From Buchnera aphidicola (Neophyllaphis podocarpi) (lineage in GTDB: Bacteria > Pseudomonadota > Gammaproteobacteria > Enterobacterales > Enterobacteriaceae): 32,000 bases of DNA. Where the stretch lies: contig NZ_OZ060386.1 in the NCBI RefSeq assembly GCF_964059055.1, positions 420,001 through 452,000 on the forward strand. The letters run 5' to 3'. This document shows, one piece after another, positions 29,143 to 32,000 of this stretch. Position 1 is the first letter of the stretch. Each line of letters opens with the position of its first letter. Under the pieces are notes generated by a model that saw nothing but the letters and a program-made list of their open reading frames with translations, made no database searches and was not told the origin of the DNA. The translations under genes and the position numbers were made by a program.

Positions 29143-30399
29143 ATGAATAAAATAGAAAAAATTTTTTTAATAAAAATAAAAAAAAACGAAATAAAAAAAG
29201 AAAAAAATAAAATTATAAAAAATAAAAATTCATTTTCAGTAAACGGTTTCAGAAGAGGAAAAATACCTGAAAAAATAATAAAATCAAAATATAAAGATTA
29301 CATAGAAAAATCAGCAATTAAAGAAATTTTAAAAAATAAAATAGCAAAAATTTTATATAAAAAAAATATTAATATAGATACAGAGGTTAGTATATCCGAA
29401 TTACATAATAATACATCTGATGAATTAACATATAAAATTTATGTAAATACTTATCCAAATATAAATTTAAGTAAAATATTAGATTCAATTGAAATAGAAA
29501 AAAATGTTTTAAAAATTACAGATGAGGATATTCAATATACAATAAATTCACTTAGATATTTAAATGCTAAATGGAAAACAAAAGAAAAAACCATACAAAA
29601 ATCAGATAAAATCAAAATAGAATTAAAATGTTACTACAAAAATAAAATACTAAAAAAATTTAGTATTAAAAATTTAGAATTTATAGTAGGAAATAATAAT
29701 CTTATAAAAGAAATAGATAAAATAGTAATTAATAAAAAATTACATGAAGAATTTAAAATTAATAATGAATTTATAAATGAAAAATATAATAATAAATTTA
29801 ATAAAAAAAATTTAAAGATATTTATTAAAATAAACAAAATAAAAGAAATGATATTACCTAAAGTTAATAAAAAATTTATTCAAAAAATTGGAATAAAAAA
29901 ACCATCAATAAAAAATTTTCATGAAGAAATAAAACAAATAATACAAAATGAAACAAAAAAAATTGTACAAAAACAGATAAAATTTAGAATTATTCAAAAA
30001 ATAATAAAATTAAATCCAATAAATTTTCCAGATACAATAATAAAAAAAGAAATAAGCAAAATAAAACATTTAAATATAAAAAATGAAAAACAAAGTATAC
30101 TGACTAGGTTTGTTACAGATAAAGAATATTATGAAACTGCTATATACAACATATACTATAAATTAATTCTAAAAGAAATAAAAGAGCTATATAAAAAAGA
30201 AAATAAAAATTATAAAAGCAAAATATTAAACAAAAAAAATAAAATATTAAATAATAATAAATTTAAAATAGAAGAAAAAACAACCAATACAAAATTAATA
30301 GAAGAATTAATAATAGAAAATCATGCAATTAAAAATTTGCTAAAAAAAATTAAATTTAGAAAAAAAATATGTTCTTTTAAAGAATTAATAAAACAATAA
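29143..30399 (+). CDS. tig: Trigger factor (highly diverged, Lys/Asn/Ile-rich)
   Basis: The 418-aa ORF keeps the ribosome-binding signature VNGFRRGKIPEKIIKSKY (E. coli IDGFRKGKVPMNIVAQRY). Its length and its position between bolA and clpP match tig. An in-frame TAA at 29137-29139 precludes an upstream extension. Confidence 0.85.
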   Translation: MNKIEKIFLIKIKKNEIKKEKNKIIKNKNSFSVNGFRRGKIPEKIIKSKYKDYIEKSAIKEILKNKIAKILYKKNINIDTEVSISELHNNTSDELTYKIYVNTYPNINLSKILDSIEIEKNVLKITDEDIQYTINSLRYLNAKWKTKEKTIQKSDKIKIELKCYYKNKILKKFSIKNLEFIVGNNNLIKEIDKIVINKKLHEEFKINNEFINEKYNNKFNKKNLKIFIKINKIKEMILPKVNKKFIQKIGIKKPSIKNFHEEIKQIIQNETKKIVQKQIKFRIIQKIIKLNPINFPDTIIKKEISKIKHLNIKNEKQSILTRFVTDKEYYETAIYNIYYKLILKEIKELYKKENKNYKSKILNKKNKILNNNKFKIEEKTTNTKLIEELIIENHAIKNLLKKIKFRKKICSFKELIKQ

Positions 30400-30416
30400 A
30401 TAATTTAAAAAATTAA

Positions 30417-30422
30417 AAGGAG
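30417..30422 (+). promoter_or_regulatory. Shine-Dalgarno sequence of clpP
   Basis: AAGGAG lies 7 nt upstream of the clpP ATG (30430). It is one of the few G-rich hexamers in any intergenic spacer here. Confidence 0.6.
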
Positions 30423-30429
30423 TATAAAA

Positions 30430-31041
30430 ATGTTAATCAGAAACAATTCTTTTAATTCAGCTCTAATTCCAATTGTTATAGAAAAAAATAATCAAGGAGA
30501 GCGTTCTTATGATATATATTCTCGTTTATTAAAGGAACGTATAATATTTATCACTGGAATAATTGAAGACAAATTATCTGAATTAGTAATCGCTCAACTG
30601 CTATTCTTAGAATCTGAAAATCCAAAAAAAGATATAAGTTTATATATAAACTCACCAGGAGGTGTAATTACTGCAGGTCTTTCTATTTACGATACCATGA
30701 AATTTATAAAACCAGATATTAGCACTATATGTATAGGACAAGCATGTTCTATGGGAGCACTTATTTTGTCATCAGGAACAAAAAATAAAAGATTCTGTTT
30801 ACCTAATTCTAGAATTATGATCCATCAACCAATAGGTGGTTATAAAGGTCAAGCAAGTGATATAGAAATTCATGCAAATGAGATTATTAAAGTTAAGAAA
30901 CAAATTAATCAAATTATATCAAATAATAGCGGTAAATCACTAAAAAAAATAAAAAAAGATACAGAAAGAGATTACTTCATGTCACCAGAAGAAGCATTAA
31001 AATATGGTTTAATAGATTCAATACTATTGAATAGAATATAA
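30430..31041 (+). CDS. clpP: ATP-dependent Clp protease proteolytic subunit
   Basis: The 203-aa ORF contains [46 protein letters not shown], the catalytic Ser context [11 protein letters not shown], and MIHQP. Confidence 0.97.
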   Translation: MLIRNNSFNSALIPIVIEKNNQGERSYDIYSRLLKERIIFITGIIEDKLSELVIAQLLFLESENPKKDISLYINSPGGVITAGLSIYDTMKFIKPDISTICIGQACSMGALILSSGTKNKRFCLPNSRIMIHQPIGGYKGQASDIEIHANEIIKVKKQINQIISNNSGKSLKKIKKDTERDYFMSPEEALKYGLIDSILLNRI

Positions 31042-31077
31042 TTCTAATTAAATTAAAATATAAAGTTTGAGGTAATA

Positions 31078-32000
31078 ATGAAAAATAAAGGATTAGGAGA
31101 AAAAGAAAAAAAAACATATTGTTCTTTTTGCGGAAAATCTCAAAAAGAAATCCAAAAATTAATAGCTGGACCATCAGTTTTTATATGTAATGAGTGTGTA
31201 TATTTGTGTAATGAAATTATAAATAAACAAATAAACAAAAAAGAAAAAATAAAAGAAAAATATTTATTAAAACCTCATGAAATTAAAAAAAATTTAGATG
31301 ATTATGTCATTGGACAAGAAAATACAAAAAAAATATTATCTGTTGCTGTGTATAATCATTATAAAAAGTTAAATTATATAAAAGATAAAAAAGAAAAAAT
31401 TAAATTAGGTAAAAGCAATGTTTTATTGATTGGATCTCCCGGAAGTGGTAAAACATTATTAGCAGAAACTCTAGCTAACATATTAAACATACCTTTTACA
31501 ATATCAGATGCGACAACTTTAACAGAAGCAGGATATGTAGGTGAAGATGTAGAAAATATTATTCAAAGATTATTGCAAAAATGTAATTATGATATAGAAA
31601 AAGCAGAAAGAGGAATAATTTATATAGATGAAATTGATAAAATATCTAGAAAATCTGACAATACTTCAATTACTAGAGATGTATCTGGAGAAGGAGTACA
31701 GCAAGCTTTATTAAAAATAATTGAAGGAACAGTTGCTTTAATTCCTCCAAAAGGAGGAAGAAAACATCCAAACCAAGAATTTTTAAGAGTTGATACATCT
31801 AATATTTTATTTATATGTGGTGGTGCATTTACAGGATTAGATCAAATTATATCTCAAAGAACAGAAAGTTTAAATAGTATAGGTTTTAGAGCAAAATCAA
31901 TAGAAAAGAATAAAAAAATTATAAATAATAATTTATTTAAAAAAATAACACCAAAAGATCTAATTAAATTTGGTTTAATTCCAGAATTTGTAGGAAGATT
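31078..32000 (+). CDS. clpX: ATP-dependent Clp protease ATP-binding subunit ClpX (5' portion; continues beyond the window)
   Basis: This ORF is not in the supplied track because it has no stop within the window. The ATG at 31078 is preceded by GAGG (31069-31072). The translation [48 protein letters not shown] is the ClpX zinc-finger domain. It is followed by Walker [19 protein letters not shown], Walker [11 protein letters not shown], and GLIPEFVGR at the window edge. Confidence 0.95.
   Translation, partial: MKNKGLGEKEKKTYCSFCGKSQKEIQKLIAGPSVFICNECVYLCNEIINKQINKKEKIKEKYLLKPHEIKKNLDDYVIGQENTKKILSVAVYNHYKKLNYIKDKKEKIKLGKSNVLLIGSPGSGKTLLAETLANILNIPFTISDATTLTEAGYVGEDVENIIQRLLQKCNYDIEKAERGIIYIDEIDKISRKSDNTSITRDVSGEGVQQALLKIIEGTVALIPPKGGRKHPNQEFLRVDTSNILFICGGAFTGLDQIISQRTESLNSIGFRAKSIEKNKKIINNNLFKKITPKDLIKFGLIPEFVGR

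Noticed and set aside
29132-29151. A direct duplication of atgaataaa (29132-29140 and 29143-29151) at the tig start
   Set aside because: The upstream copy is out of frame and meets a TGA after 4 codons. A 9-bp A/T-rich repeat may be chance or a trivial slippage product, and it has no evident functional consequence.

Overview
The window is extremely AT-rich and gene-dense, with about 30 genes on both strands and short intergenic spacers. The proteins are rich in Lys, Asn and Ile. The only GC-rich island is a tRNA. Gene content and order are those of a reduced-genome Enterobacterales insect endosymbiont, and closely resemble Buchnera aphidicola. The order is: (leuS 3' end)-holA-nadD > < asd | yhgN-pgk-fbaA-mscS-recC-recB-recD > < tRNA-fMet | ribH-thiL-ribD-nusB > < dxs-ispA | thiI remnant (rhodanese domain only) > < yajR | tusE > < cyoE-D-C-B-A | bolA-tig-clpP-clpX (runs off the 3' end). 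This follows E. coli synteny blocks, with accessory genes removed between the blocks. I see no rRNA, CRISPR array, IS or transposon, phage or integrase genes, toxin-antitoxin or defence-like cassette, and no unexplained multi-gene cluster. I therefore cannot support a claim that this window holds a novel multi-gene system. The findings worth a second look are smaller. (1) Two genes, holA (essential) and recB, are each broken by a single frameshift inside a poly(A) run (A10 and A9). Both are restored by one extra A, which fits either transcriptional-slippage rescue or a homopolymer sequencing error. (2) A perfect 63-bp palindrome ends exactly on the A of the ribH start codon, in the divergent tRNA-fMet/ribH spacer. 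(3) ThiI is reduced to a free-standing rhodanese domain that keeps the catalytic Cys motif. (4) The CyoA lipobox cysteine is replaced by Tyr. (5) cyoB carries an in-frame 15-bp tandem repeat. All protein calls rest on my by-eye alignment of the supplied ORF translations to remembered E. coli homologues. No database search was run.
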